Origin: Takakia lepidozioides
Taxonomy: Eukaryota > Plantae > Bryophyta
DNA: 64,000 nt
NCBI GenBank assembly: GCA_030704615.1
Contig: CM060731.1
Location: 51,646,001-51,710,000 of the forward strand
Direction of reading: 5' to 3'
Positions 37,634-48,100 of the stretch are shown piece after piece. Positions within the stretch are counted from its first letter, which is position 1. Each line of letters opens with the position of its first letter. The notes under the pieces were generated by a model. That model did no database searches and was not told the DNA's origin. It worked only from the letters and a program-made list of their open reading frames with translations. Both the position numbers and the translations under genes were made by a program.

Positions 37634-40258
37634 GTCGTTCAAAACTGCTCCTATTCAAGGCTATTATCTGGTCTGTGCGAGACTGTGGCTGGATCTTTAG
37701 CTGCTCAGCTGAGGTTTTTACAGAGAAGTCCAAGATCACCAGACTCCAGGCACAAGCGCTCAAATAATGCTCTTTGGATTGAGGGTTGGTCGAATCCTCC
37801 TTGGCTAAAAGCAGCTCTAGCTTCCTTGATACAAGGTCGAGCACAATCTGGCGCTTTGACAACGCACTGTAAGGCAGGACAAGTAGAACAGGCATTGAAC
37901 ATTTTGAACAAACAAGTCATTGTGGCAGACTCCAATACTTATGTCTGTCTCTTGCGGGAGTGCATCCAAACTGAGAACCTTGAAATGGGAAAGCAGGTGC
38001 ATGCCTGCATTATCAAAAGTGGAAATGACACTAACATCTTTCTACTCAACACCCTTGTCAACATGTATGCCAAGTGCGGGAGCATAGTGGATGCACGCTT
38101 TGTGTTTGAAAACATGCCTCAACGAAACGTGTTTACGTGGACTATAATGATGGCAGGCTATACTGAGCATGGCTGTGCTAGGGAGGCTTTTGAGACCTAT
38201 CAACAAATGAGACAGGAAGGGGTGGTGCCCAGCAATGTCACATTCATCTGTGTGCTGAATGCATGTGCCAGCCTAGGAATCCTGGAAAAGGGCAAAGAGA
38301 TTCATGCTGACATCATCAAAGCTGGAATTGCACCAGACATCATTCTTGAGACTGCCCTTGTCGATATGTATGTCAAATGTGGGAACATGAATGATGCGCA
38401 GCAACTGTTTGACAATATGGATCAACGAAATGTGGTGTCATGGAATGTGATGATCACAGGATATGCTCAGCATGGGTATGCTAGGAAGGCTTTCAACACC
38501 TATGAGCAGATGATGTGGGAAGGAGTTTTGCCCAACAAAGTCACGTTCATTTGTGTGCTCAATGCATGTTCCAGCCTGGTGGAAGAGGGCAAAATGGTCC
38601 ATGCCGACATCATCAGAGCTGGGATTGTGTCATGTATTAAATTGGAGAATGCCCTTGTCGACATGTATGCCAAATGCGGCAACATGAAGGATGCACGTCA
38701 AGTGCTTGACAATATGGCTCAACGAAACACGGTTTCATGGAATACCATGATTGCAGGATATGCTCAGCATGGTTGTGGCATGGCGGCCATTAAGATCTAT
38801 GAGCAAATGATACAGGAAGGGGTACTGCCAGACAAGGTTACATTCATTTGTGTACTCAATGCATGTGCCAACATAGCAGCCTTGAAAAAGGGCAAAGAGG
38901 TCCATGCCGACATCATCAAAGCTGAAATTGCAACACATATTAATTTGGAGAATGCCCTTGTTAACATGTATGCAAAATGCGGGAACATAAGAGAAGCGCA
39001 GCAAGTGTTTGCCAACATGGCTGAGCGAGATGTGGTCTCATGGAACGCAATGATTGCAGGGTATGCCCTGCATGGGTGTGGTATGGAGGCTTTCGAGATC
39101 TATGAGCAAATGATACGGGAAGGGTTGACCCCCAACAGGGTAACCTTCATTTGCACTCTCAATGCCTGTGCCAGCCTGGCAGCGCTGGAAAGGGGCAGAG
39201 AGATCCATGCTGACATCATCAAAGCTGGAGTTGCGTCATACGTTAATTTGGAGAATGCCCTTGTTAACATGTATGCCAAATGTGGGAGTGTGGAGGATGC
39301 ACGGCTAGTGTTTGACAACATGGCTCAGAGAGATATGGTCTCATGGAGTGCGATGATCGCAGGATATGTGCAGCATGGATGTGGTAGGGAAGCTCTGCGA
39401 CTATTTGGACAAATGGATAAGGAAGGTTTGAAACCAAACCGTATTACGTTTATATGTGTTCTCTCTGCATGCAGCCATGTTGGCTTAGTGGATGAAGGCC
39501 ATCACTACTTTGGTTCCATGAGTCGAGATCATGGCCTCACCCCTACAGTGGAACATTTTGGCTGCATGGTGGACCTTCTCGGCCGAGCAGGGCAATTGAA
39601 TGAGGCAGAGGACTTCATCAACACAATGCCAATTGAACCAGATGCTTCAGTGTTGGGAGCCTTGCTTGGCGCCTGCAGAATTCATGGCCAGGTGGAGGTG
39701 GCAGAACGTGCTGCAAAATGCCTTCTCCGGCGGGATCCACATTATGCTGCTACTTACGTGCTTCTATCAAACATCTATGCTGCTGCTGGCAGGTGGGACG
39801 ATGCAGCGAAAGTGAGAAAAATGATGCAGGACAGATCTATTAGAAAGGACCCAGGGCGAAGTTGCATTGAGGTGGACAACTGGTTTCATTCATTTGTTAT
39901 AGAGGACAAATTGCATCCACAAATTGAGGAAATCCATGCAGAGCTGAGGAGATTGTCTTGTCAGTTGAAGGAGGCTGGGTATGTGCCTGACACACGCTTT
40001 GTATTGTATGATGTGGAGGAGGAGCAGAAGGAATCTTCTCTTTGTTACCACAGTGAGAAGCTGGCCATTGCTTTTGGGCTGATCAACACACCCCCAGGGA
40101 CAACTATCCGAGTCATAAAAAACCTTCGGGTATGTGGTGACTGCCACACCGCCACCAAGTTCATCTCAAAGATTGTTGGACGGACAGTTATTGTAAGAGA
40201 TGGGAACCGCTTTCACCACTTTCAAGAAGGGGTCTGTTCTTGTGGAGACTACTGGTGA
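37634..40258 (+). CDS. PLS-E-DYW pentatricopeptide repeat protein (putative C-to-U RNA editing factor)
   Basis: Open frame from the acceptor AG at 37632-37633; a likely micro-exon ATGGTGGGACAACAG (MVGQQ, 37443-37457) would supply the start. P-L-S triplets, E1/E2, PG box, HSEKLA, CGDCH, terminal CGDYW. Confidence 0.96.
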   Translation, partial: VVQNCSYSRLLSGLCETVAGSLAAQLRFLQRSPRSPDSRHKRSNNALWIEGWSNPPWLKAALASLIQGRAQSGALTTHCKAGQVEQALNILNKQVIVADSNTYVCLLRECIQTENLEMGKQVHACIIKSGNDTNIFLLNTLVNMYAKCGSIVDARFVFENMPQRNVFTWTIMMAGYTEHGCAREAFETYQQMRQEGVVPSNVTFICVLNACASLGILEKGKEIHADIIKAGIAPDIILETALVDMYVKCGNMNDAQQLFDNMDQRNVVSWNVMITGYAQHGYARKAFNTYEQMMWEGVLPNKVTFICVLNACSSLVEEGKMVHADIIRAGIVSCIKLENALVDMYAKCGNMKDARQVLDNMAQRNTVSWNTMIAGYAQHGCGMAAIKIYEQMIQEGVLPDKVTFICVLNACANIAALKKGKEVHADIIKAEIATHINLENALVNMYAKCGNIREAQQVFANMAERDVVSWNAMIAGYALHGCGMEAFEIYEQMIREGLTPNRVTFICTLNACASLAALERGREIHADIIKAGVASYVNLENALVNMYAKCGSVEDARLVFDNMAQRDMVSWSAMIAGYVQHGCGREALRLFGQMDKEGLKPNRITFICVLSACSHVGLVDEGHHYFGSMSRDHGLTPTVEHFGCMVDLLGRAGQLNEAEDFINTMPIEPDASVLGALLGACRIHGQVEVAERAAKCLLRRDPHYAATYVLLSNIYAAAGRWDDAAKVRKMMQDRSIRKDPGRSCIEVDNWFHSFVIEDKLHPQIEEIHAELRRLSCQLKEAGYVPDTRFVLYDVEEEQKESSLCYHSEKLAIAFGLINTPPGTTIRVIKNLRVCGDCHTATKFISKIVGRTVIVRDGNRFHHFQEGVCSCGDYW

Positions 40259-41649
40259 GACATGCAACATATATCGAGGACAGTGCGACACCGCAAAGAC
40301 GAGGGTTTAAAAGTGATCAATACTCACTATTTTTCTCAACAAAGTTTGGAACACAGGCATGAAGAAGCATAGCCCCGAAGTCCTGTCATTGTAGCATTTT
40401 GGAGGTCCAATCCACCGTTTCAGGACTCTGCACTTCAATAAACATACATAGCGCTGCTCATAATCAATTGCTTGTAATCTGTGTGCATCAAGTCAAGATC
40501 GTGTCCAACATACCCAATGCTAAGTTGCCCATCCATTTGGGTCCCAACCCAACAATCTCCATACAATTAAAATTGTAACTCAATTAATGATGTTTCTGTA
40601 TGTTCAATCTCAGTTAAGAAACTGACACCAGACCACCAGCTCTGCGACACCAGAGAGAACTATTGGTGATTCAACAAGGACCTACATTAAGAACATCAAA
40701 CACAAATCCAAGGAGATGAAGGCAAAAGAGCCCCACCTCCAAGGTGTGTGAAAGATAAATTGACCATTGAGTGCTTGTATGATGCAGGTGCGACAGCTGA
40801 ATTAGGATGGATTGTTATGGCCTCCACAATGAGAAGATTATTGGGCCAGCTTTACCTTCTCCTGCCTGACGGTTGACCATCCAGTGTTTGTACTGTTGCA
40901 ACTGCACCAACGGAAGTAGGATTGATTTGTATGACCTCCACAATCAGAGGATTATTGGGCTGGCCCAGCAGTAAACATCCTTGTATACTTCTCCTTTAGT
41001 CCATCATATTAACATGCAGGGTGCAGAGTTTAGTGTTGTAAGAACAAGAGAAGCAGATGTTTCTCTCTGTTCCTCTCTCTCTCTTTCTCTTTCTTTCTTC
41101 TGCAATTAATTAATTTTCTATGCGGGCATTATGATGTTCCTGCAAAACAGTCAGGATATGGCAGCTATGGAATGTCAAACGCCCATGTAATCAACTATCA
41201 TCTACAACCCTAGACAGCTGCCGCGCTTGGCTTCATCAGGCCCTCAAATCCAGGAAGGCCCTCTCAGGGCCTTCCCTTACACTTTGTATTCATACACGCA
41301 ATTTGTTGGTATGTGAGAATTAGAGTTTGAGAGCCTCAAGCTCATCAACCTGGGTGGTATTTGCTGGTTTGAAATACCTCTAAGATGCCCTTGTACTCTA
41401 GCGGGACAGATTTCAGAGGTTCTGGGAGGCTTTGGTGCCTTGCTAGCTGTTTAGATCATGATCTCATTTAGGATTGAGAACTGCTGAAAGGAGCATATTT
41501 CCAAATCAAAAATTCGGTTGCTGGCTTGTTGAATGGATTGTAAGATATGGCATCATACAGCACAGGTTCTGCAAGGGCTTGCATTCACTGATGCACAATG
41601 CAGATGGGAGCATGTATGAGTTTTTATTTTGCTCAGACAATTCCTCCAC

Positions 41650-42473
41650 TTGCCCAAAATAACAAGTAACATTTTAGGAGCTGGAATCCTAGGTGGATAA
41701 GTCTGCACAGATTCCAGGCCAAGCATTAAAATACATCCAGGAACTACTTGCAGCTCCTTGGGAGCAACAGTTAACTTCCAAGGGCACATGTAGTTCAATG
41801 AGCTTCAACATCACTTCAATGGAGGGGGAGTAGATAACACAACAAATGTCTCTCTTGTCATCATTGTGACCCACATTACAGAGAGGACAACACAGCCATC
41901 TTCAGTCACCCGGAAAAATTGAGGAATTGCCCCTGGGGAGGTAGCATAGATCAAAGTCCATATGCAAGGAGTAATTGTGGCAGCAGAATACACATCTCTC
42001 TACCCATCTCAACCGAAATTACCAAACCTGAGTATTTTCCAATGCTACTACTGCCAGCCACCTTAGACTCAGAATTTTCACCGAGGTTGCTCATGAGGAA
42101 AATCGGCCCAGCTCCCAACAACCTCAAATGGGCAGTTCGCTTCTCCTTTATCTTCAATCTCAACCTTAGGGCGGGGGATCTTACGTACCCTGGAATGGTC
42201 GAGCACCAGCGATAACGCTGTGTGTTAACTGCTGTGGGAACTTTCCATACTTTGTACATTTACCTCATGTCAGTTTGTAAATAAAAGCTTTGCAGGGTTT
42301 CATCATGCCCTTCTCAATTGATGCGTTAGGGGACAAAGCTCCTTTATCTTCCTCATGGTTTCCCTAGTGAGGTTATTTTTTCCTCACTTTCTTTGTAATT
42401 GGCTTTTTTGGAATAAATTCTCCGGGGCCTCAGTTCCCTGTTCTCTTAAAAAAATAAAAATAAAATAAAAAAA
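41650..42473 (+). mobile_element. Probable degraded non-LTR retroelement 3' end with A-rich tail
   Basis: Broken protein-like sequence ending in an A-rich tail at 42447-42473; no clear domain. Confidence 0.3.
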
Positions 42474-42789
42474 TGATGCAAATTCACACATCAAAGGGAA
42501 CTGTGCAACAAAGGAAAAAAATTTCACCTTCCCTATGATCTCCTAGGGAAAGCAAAAAACAAATCCCCTTGACTTTTCCTCCGACCGTGTGAGATGTTCC
42601 CTGTAGCTTAACTTTTTTTCTTTTTTAAATTAAGGCGGGAGCGACCGCTCACAAATCAGGCCTTAATTGTGGTGAGAGGAGACAATAACCTCTTTCATAG
42701 TAACCTCGCCGTGAGACGCCGAACGCAAGGCTCTAGGGACGCTTAATTTATCCCTATGTACTTTTCCATGTGGGGCAATGCTTATTTCC

Positions 42790-43030
42790 ATGTGGTTTTT
42801 GTGATGCATTTCCTGGTGTACATTCCCCCCTTAGGATACATTGAATTTTTCCCTGCAAGAGTATGCTTTTTTTCGATGTACATTTCCCCTTTCCTTGTGG
42901 AGTTTTCCCCACAAAAGTATGTAATTTTTCGTGTGATTTTTTTAATGCTTTTCGCGTTCCCTGCAAGAGTATGTTTTTTACACATTTCCCCTTTCTTTGT
43001 GTAATTTTCTTGGCAAGAGTATGGTTTTTT
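42790..43030. repeat. Degenerate ~55-bp minisatellite
   Basis: Recurrent TTCCCTGCAAGAGTATG and TACATTTCCCCTTTC motifs. Confidence 0.7.
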
Positions 43031-43119
43031 CCTTGTTGTGCGCATACGTATCGCTACACAACTACATCGTTGTCCAAACTACACCACACATATATGGACA
43101 ATAAAGTAGTCTGCCACAA

Positions 43120-43373
43120 TGATTGAAAACTAGATTCACACTGTTGACACAGAAACACTCAATACAACACAATCACTCATTAAACCCCAAGCTATGGGGA
43201 CTCCACCCCACAACATCATATTCTCCCTTCATAAGCACACCTAGATTCTAAGCAGTGAAGGAGCTCGGTCGTACAGGCTCAACTCGAGAGAGATGAGCCG
43301 CACGACTGACGCTCTCGTGAAGATAACATGGTTCAGGTGTCAAGCTAAACTTGACACCTGACTTAACACTTGA
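43120..43373. repeat. ~250-bp direct repeat of 53471-53745 (LTR-derived fragment)
   Basis: Near-identical from TGATTGAAAACTAGATTCACACTGTTGACAC to CCTGACTTAACACTTGA, with one short internal indel. Confidence 0.9.
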
Positions 43374-43712
43374 ACTAAATCCAAGTGTTAAATACAAATA
43401 ACTAGCTTTATTCTAGTTAGTTTTCACACTGTGTTTATTTAACTTGGCCATAATCGCCCCCCTAGCTGGTGGATAGGTCCCTCTAACTCCAGATAACTAC
43501 AAGATGTAATAGCCACAGCCGTACTAAGTCCTCTATCACTGTCCCTATTGTACTCAAACTCTATAGACCAAGAGGCCAGATACAAGAGTAGCCCCATCGT
43601 TAGTCGTCGTCTTGCAATCTGTGAACTTGAGCTAGGATCTCGTGTGTTCAAGGTCTCCTAGTAGCTTGGCCTTGCATTTCTTGTTAGTCTTCCATGGTTG
43701 TATCCACTCCCA

Positions 43713-43860
43713 CTATCCAATGCAATGCGGACATAACCAATCCCCATCATGAACCATCTCAAGAGGTGGAGTCAAGCATCCCATATGCCAACCTCTAGAG
43801 CATCGATCACACACCAGCATGGTGGCCGCCCCTCTAGCAGACCCACACAACATGCACCTC
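43713..43860 (-). other. PHD zinc finger at the integrase C-terminus
   Basis: CMLC...MLVCDRCSRGWHMGCLTPPLEMVHDGDWLCPHC is a complete C4HC3 pattern. Confidence 0.92.
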
Positions 43861-46800
43861 AAACTTGTAGGTACCACTGCCAGGTTTGGGTCAATCCTAC
43901 CATCGACATTCGGAAAGTGACATGGCGCACAATTACGCACATGGTCCTTCCAAGTTATGCCATCCCGACCCTCCAAGATCAAGACGCCTGAGGGCAAGAC
44001 CTCTTGAACCCTCAAAATAACACGTCCTGCAGTCACATCCAAGGTCGTAGGAGCAGTCTGCTGCAGAGAGACATAGTCACCAGGGTTGAATTTCCAAACC
44101 CCAGGACGATAGCCCCCACCACGTATGGTACCATACCTCAACGTATCACGATGTTGTGCCATTGGCAGGTTCTCGAAAGTCATGGTCATGACTTTCTTGA
44201 ACAACTCTGCATGCTGATCACATGCACGTGCCCACACGTCCGGATCATCAAGGTTAAGACTGTAACAGCTTCTCTACAATCCGGCTCTCGGCCAAAGAGA
44301 AGAAAGTATGGTGAGAAGGAGGCTTGTTTGCTGAACCTGTAGCCCATGGCTAACCAGGGTAACTGAAGTCCCAATCTCCTAGTGTCCCTTCTACAAGCCA
44401 TACTTGCGCAAACCCCTTTTACTACTGTCTGAACAACTCTCTCTGTCCAAGCCATCGTGCTCAGGATAATCCCGAAGAAGTGTGGCGTTTTCTACAACGG
44501 CTCTCTTTCACACCAACTCACTGGAAACCCCCTAAAGAACGCTCTCGCTCTCAATCCTTGGTCATAGAGTACCCAACTGGAGCACCGAATCGGCTAAGTA
44601 CACAATCCAAGAATGCATACGCAGCTCCCTCACTAGCCTTATCAGGCAATGGAACCAACTCAATCCACTTGGAAAAGTGCTCCACCATCACCAATACGTA
44701 CTTGTTGTGGCGCATGGTCAATGGCAACGGCCCTGCGAAGTCAAGACTCTACCTGTAGCCCAATCCCATGATCGGAAGAGGGTGCAATTGTGGTGTAGGG
44801 GCGTTGAATGAAGCACACACCCTGTCACACACCATGCACCTAGCCACAAATTGTTGCACCTCTGTGTGCATACCACGCCACCAATATTGCCCCTGCAATA
44901 GACTATGAGTGCGTCGCACCCCAAAATGCCTCAACTCCTCATGGGCATGCCGCACTAACCGTGCCCGCTGTGTTGGGTGAGGCACAATCCTCACTCGACC
45001 ATCCTCCCACACTCGAAGCAGGTGTGTCCCCTCCCACTTGAATCTCTTGGCTCGTTGTAGGATCCGATCCTTCTCCTTGGCAGTCACAGTGGCTGTCGTG
45101 TCTCCAGTGCGGAGGTAGTCCAACACAGCTGAATCCTCATGTATATCTTTAGCGTCACCTTGCTCATTGCTGACCTCAGGGTCCTCCGACACTTGATCTA
45201 CAGTCATCCCTGTTGCAGGTCCAAGCTGGCCTTCTGTTGCCAAGATACACAGAAATGCAGATGCATGCCATCCGGGCACCATCTCCTCGTCCGTCTCACC
45301 ATGCCACCGAGCTCCAGTATCATTCTGCTGGCTCGTGCATGGATTGTGACTCAACCCATCTGCATCCCGATTGACCAAACCCGATCGATGCACAACCTGA
45401 AAGTTATACTCTTGAAGGATAAGTGCCCACCGTGCAAGCTTCCCCGTAAGCTTGTCTGACTCCATCAACCACTTAAGTGGTTGGTGATCCGTGACAAGGG
45501 TGAAGAGATTGTCGTATAGATAGCACCTGAAGTGTGCCACGGCCCACACTGCAGCTAAGCATTTTCCCTCATATGAGCTATACTTAGTCTCTGCAGCATT
45601 GTTCGAGCGGCTAGCATAAGCCACTACGAACTTTCTTCCCTCGTCATCCACATGTGTGAGCACCGCTCCAAGCCCCAGCATGCTCCAATCTGTATGCAGC
45701 TGAAAAGGACGCCCCTTGATAGGTCGTCTCAAGATGGGCGCCGAGGTCAACCTCGCCTTGAGCTCTTGAAAAGCTTGTTCTTGCTCATCTTCCCACTGCC
45801 ACTCCCGGTCCATCTTGGTCAGTTTGGTTAGAGCCTTTGCAATGACACTAAATCCCTTAACAAACCGTCTATAATAGTTTGCTAACCCCATGAAAGCTCG
45901 AACTCGGCTCACATCCGTGGGGCGTGGAATCTGTGCAATGGACTCTACCTTAGTCTGTTGTACCCCCAATCCTCCAAGATATATCATGTGACCCAGATAC
46001 TCAATTTGGTTGTGGAAAAACTTGCACTTCCCCGGATGTAACTTCAATCCGTGCGCCCTCAAGCGCTCAAATATCACCTGAAGGTGTTTCTCATGCTCCT
46101 CCACCGTCCACTAAAATGATGATGTCATCTATGTAGCACCGACAAACTCCACCCCTGCTAGAATCCTGTCCAAACTCTCTGAAACTCTGCCGAAGCGTTC
46201 TTAAGCCCAAATGGTAAGAACCGCCACTGGTATAGGCAATCCTTCCCGTGCTCATTGATCCCCCAGAATGTCGTCTTCTGCTTATCCGCCTCCTTGATCG
46301 GCAACTGGTGATATCCGGATCGTAAATCCAAAGTGCTGAAGACCTTGGCATGCCCAATGGCATCAAAGATCTCCTTTGGTGTCGGCATGGCATACCTATC
46401 GGACTTGGTCTGACAATTTACAGGCCGGTAATCACCGCACATACGTCTCTCCGTCCAATTGCCATAGACATCCTTCTTGGCTGGCATCACTGTGGCTGAA
46501 GCATACTCTCCTCCAGATAGCTCTACCAAACCAGCCTAGCTCCCAAAGGTCCTGAGTTTCATCTTAATCAAGGACCTCTTCATGTCACTATATCTATAGG
46601 GTCTCCGAAAGATTGGCGTATCAGTAGCCAATTCAATGCGAATCTCTTGACCCTTCAGTGCTCCTAAGTCCTTCAAACTGAAGGCAAAGCAGTTCCTGTA
46701 AGCCCTCAAGAACCGCCGTATACGTCGTCTTTATCCTCCGGTGACTATAGGTCCAACAACAGGCTCCCAGTTGTCCTCCGTGACTGCAACCTTGAGTCCT

Positions 46801-47139
46801 GCAGACTTAGAGGTAGAAGACGCGTCCCATGGTTGTTATGCTGCAACCTCTTGAGCAGTGACCACTGCCTCCTCTGTCAGTGACAATGTCTCATCCTGCC
46901 CCATCATCCCAAACCTTGAGGACCTCTTCAACCCGAGAAAAATCCCCAACCTCCCATCACCGCCGCCTTGGCTGCCAACTCCTTCTGAACCTCGAGCACC
47001 TCCCACGTGTGCCATGGATGCGGCCTGCACCTCGTGGTCCTCACCTGTTCGCCCCCCCACTCGCTGCCTGTACCGTCTCGGTAGGCAGGGAGACCATCAA
47101 GGGAAGTGTACTCCGTACTCTGCGCTGCTCAGCCATAGC

Positions 47140-48100
47140 CAAGCTGATAATCCAGGTCAAGCAATTGAGATCCATTGCTTGCCCAACACCTGACGACGTG
47201 ATGCCTCAGAAAGAGATGGCACCGCCGTGGTACCAGTGGTAAAACCCATTGCCCGCTCTCGGCTCGTCAGCATTGGGCTCCACTAATTGCTGCAACTGGC
47301 TATCCCACAAGAGGCCAGGTCCACCATCCCGGAAAGCATGAGATCCTGGAAAGCTGAGAAGTGTAGGCAATGCGGCTCGTGGGTGACCCACCTTATTGAC
47401 CACTTCCAAAGGTGATCGGTCATTGTGTCTCACACGCTGAGACTGTCTCCATATGTCCAAAATGCTATCCACGTCAGGTGTGGTGGCCGCTGCACCCCAT
47501 CAAATGCACGCTTGAGCAGTGCAGGTGGCATCAAGTTGGTCCACCATAGTCATGGGCCATGAGCCCGTGACCCCACTGCAGCTGCGTCCAGCAACACTGC
47601 TAACCCAAGCCCAGACCGCACTTGATGCACACTGGCCATCACCTTGGCCCGAGAATCACCCATCAATGGCACATTCTCCAAAATATATGTCGGAGAGTCT
47701 GTCTGCTGAAGCTGTAAATAGCGTAGGACCCTCAACATCTCCCAAAACAGGCGTAACCTTGAGTCTTGTAACCCATTGCCATGCCCGGCTCATGAATGCC
47801 CTTGGCAGGGCCAACCTGCCACTACCAAATGAATAGGGTCAACCCGCTCCAAATCATGCGCCCCCAACAAAGAGATGTCTGCTGGCAATGCTTGTTGGTA
47901 TCCACGAACTGCAGACACTGGCAACAAATCAGGGTACTGCTGCACCAACTGAGCAACATGGCGCAGTGAGATGCGTCGTGCAGTCTCATCCATCTTCACA
48001 TACAGGTAACGTCGAACTCGTACACTTGCCTGCAGCACTGCAGCCAATCAAGTGCTGATCCCGTCAAACAAGTCCAGAAGGCATATGCCTTCATCCGGGC
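47140..48100 (-). pseudogene. DNMT3-like C5-cytosine DNA methyltransferase domain embedded in the Gypsy pol
   Basis: Motif I LLDLFDGIST (48060-48080), IV LVVAGWPCQGHS, VI YILENV, VIII DAAAVGSRAHGP*LWWTNL, IX ERAMGF, X RRQVLGQAMD, in linear (non-permuted) order; three stops and several frameshifts. Confidence 0.92.

Noticed and set aside
47140-48100. Bacterial restriction-modification methylase or contamination
   Set aside because: Motifs are DNMT3-like, and the domain is collinear within a plant Gypsy pol flanked by intron-containing plant genes.
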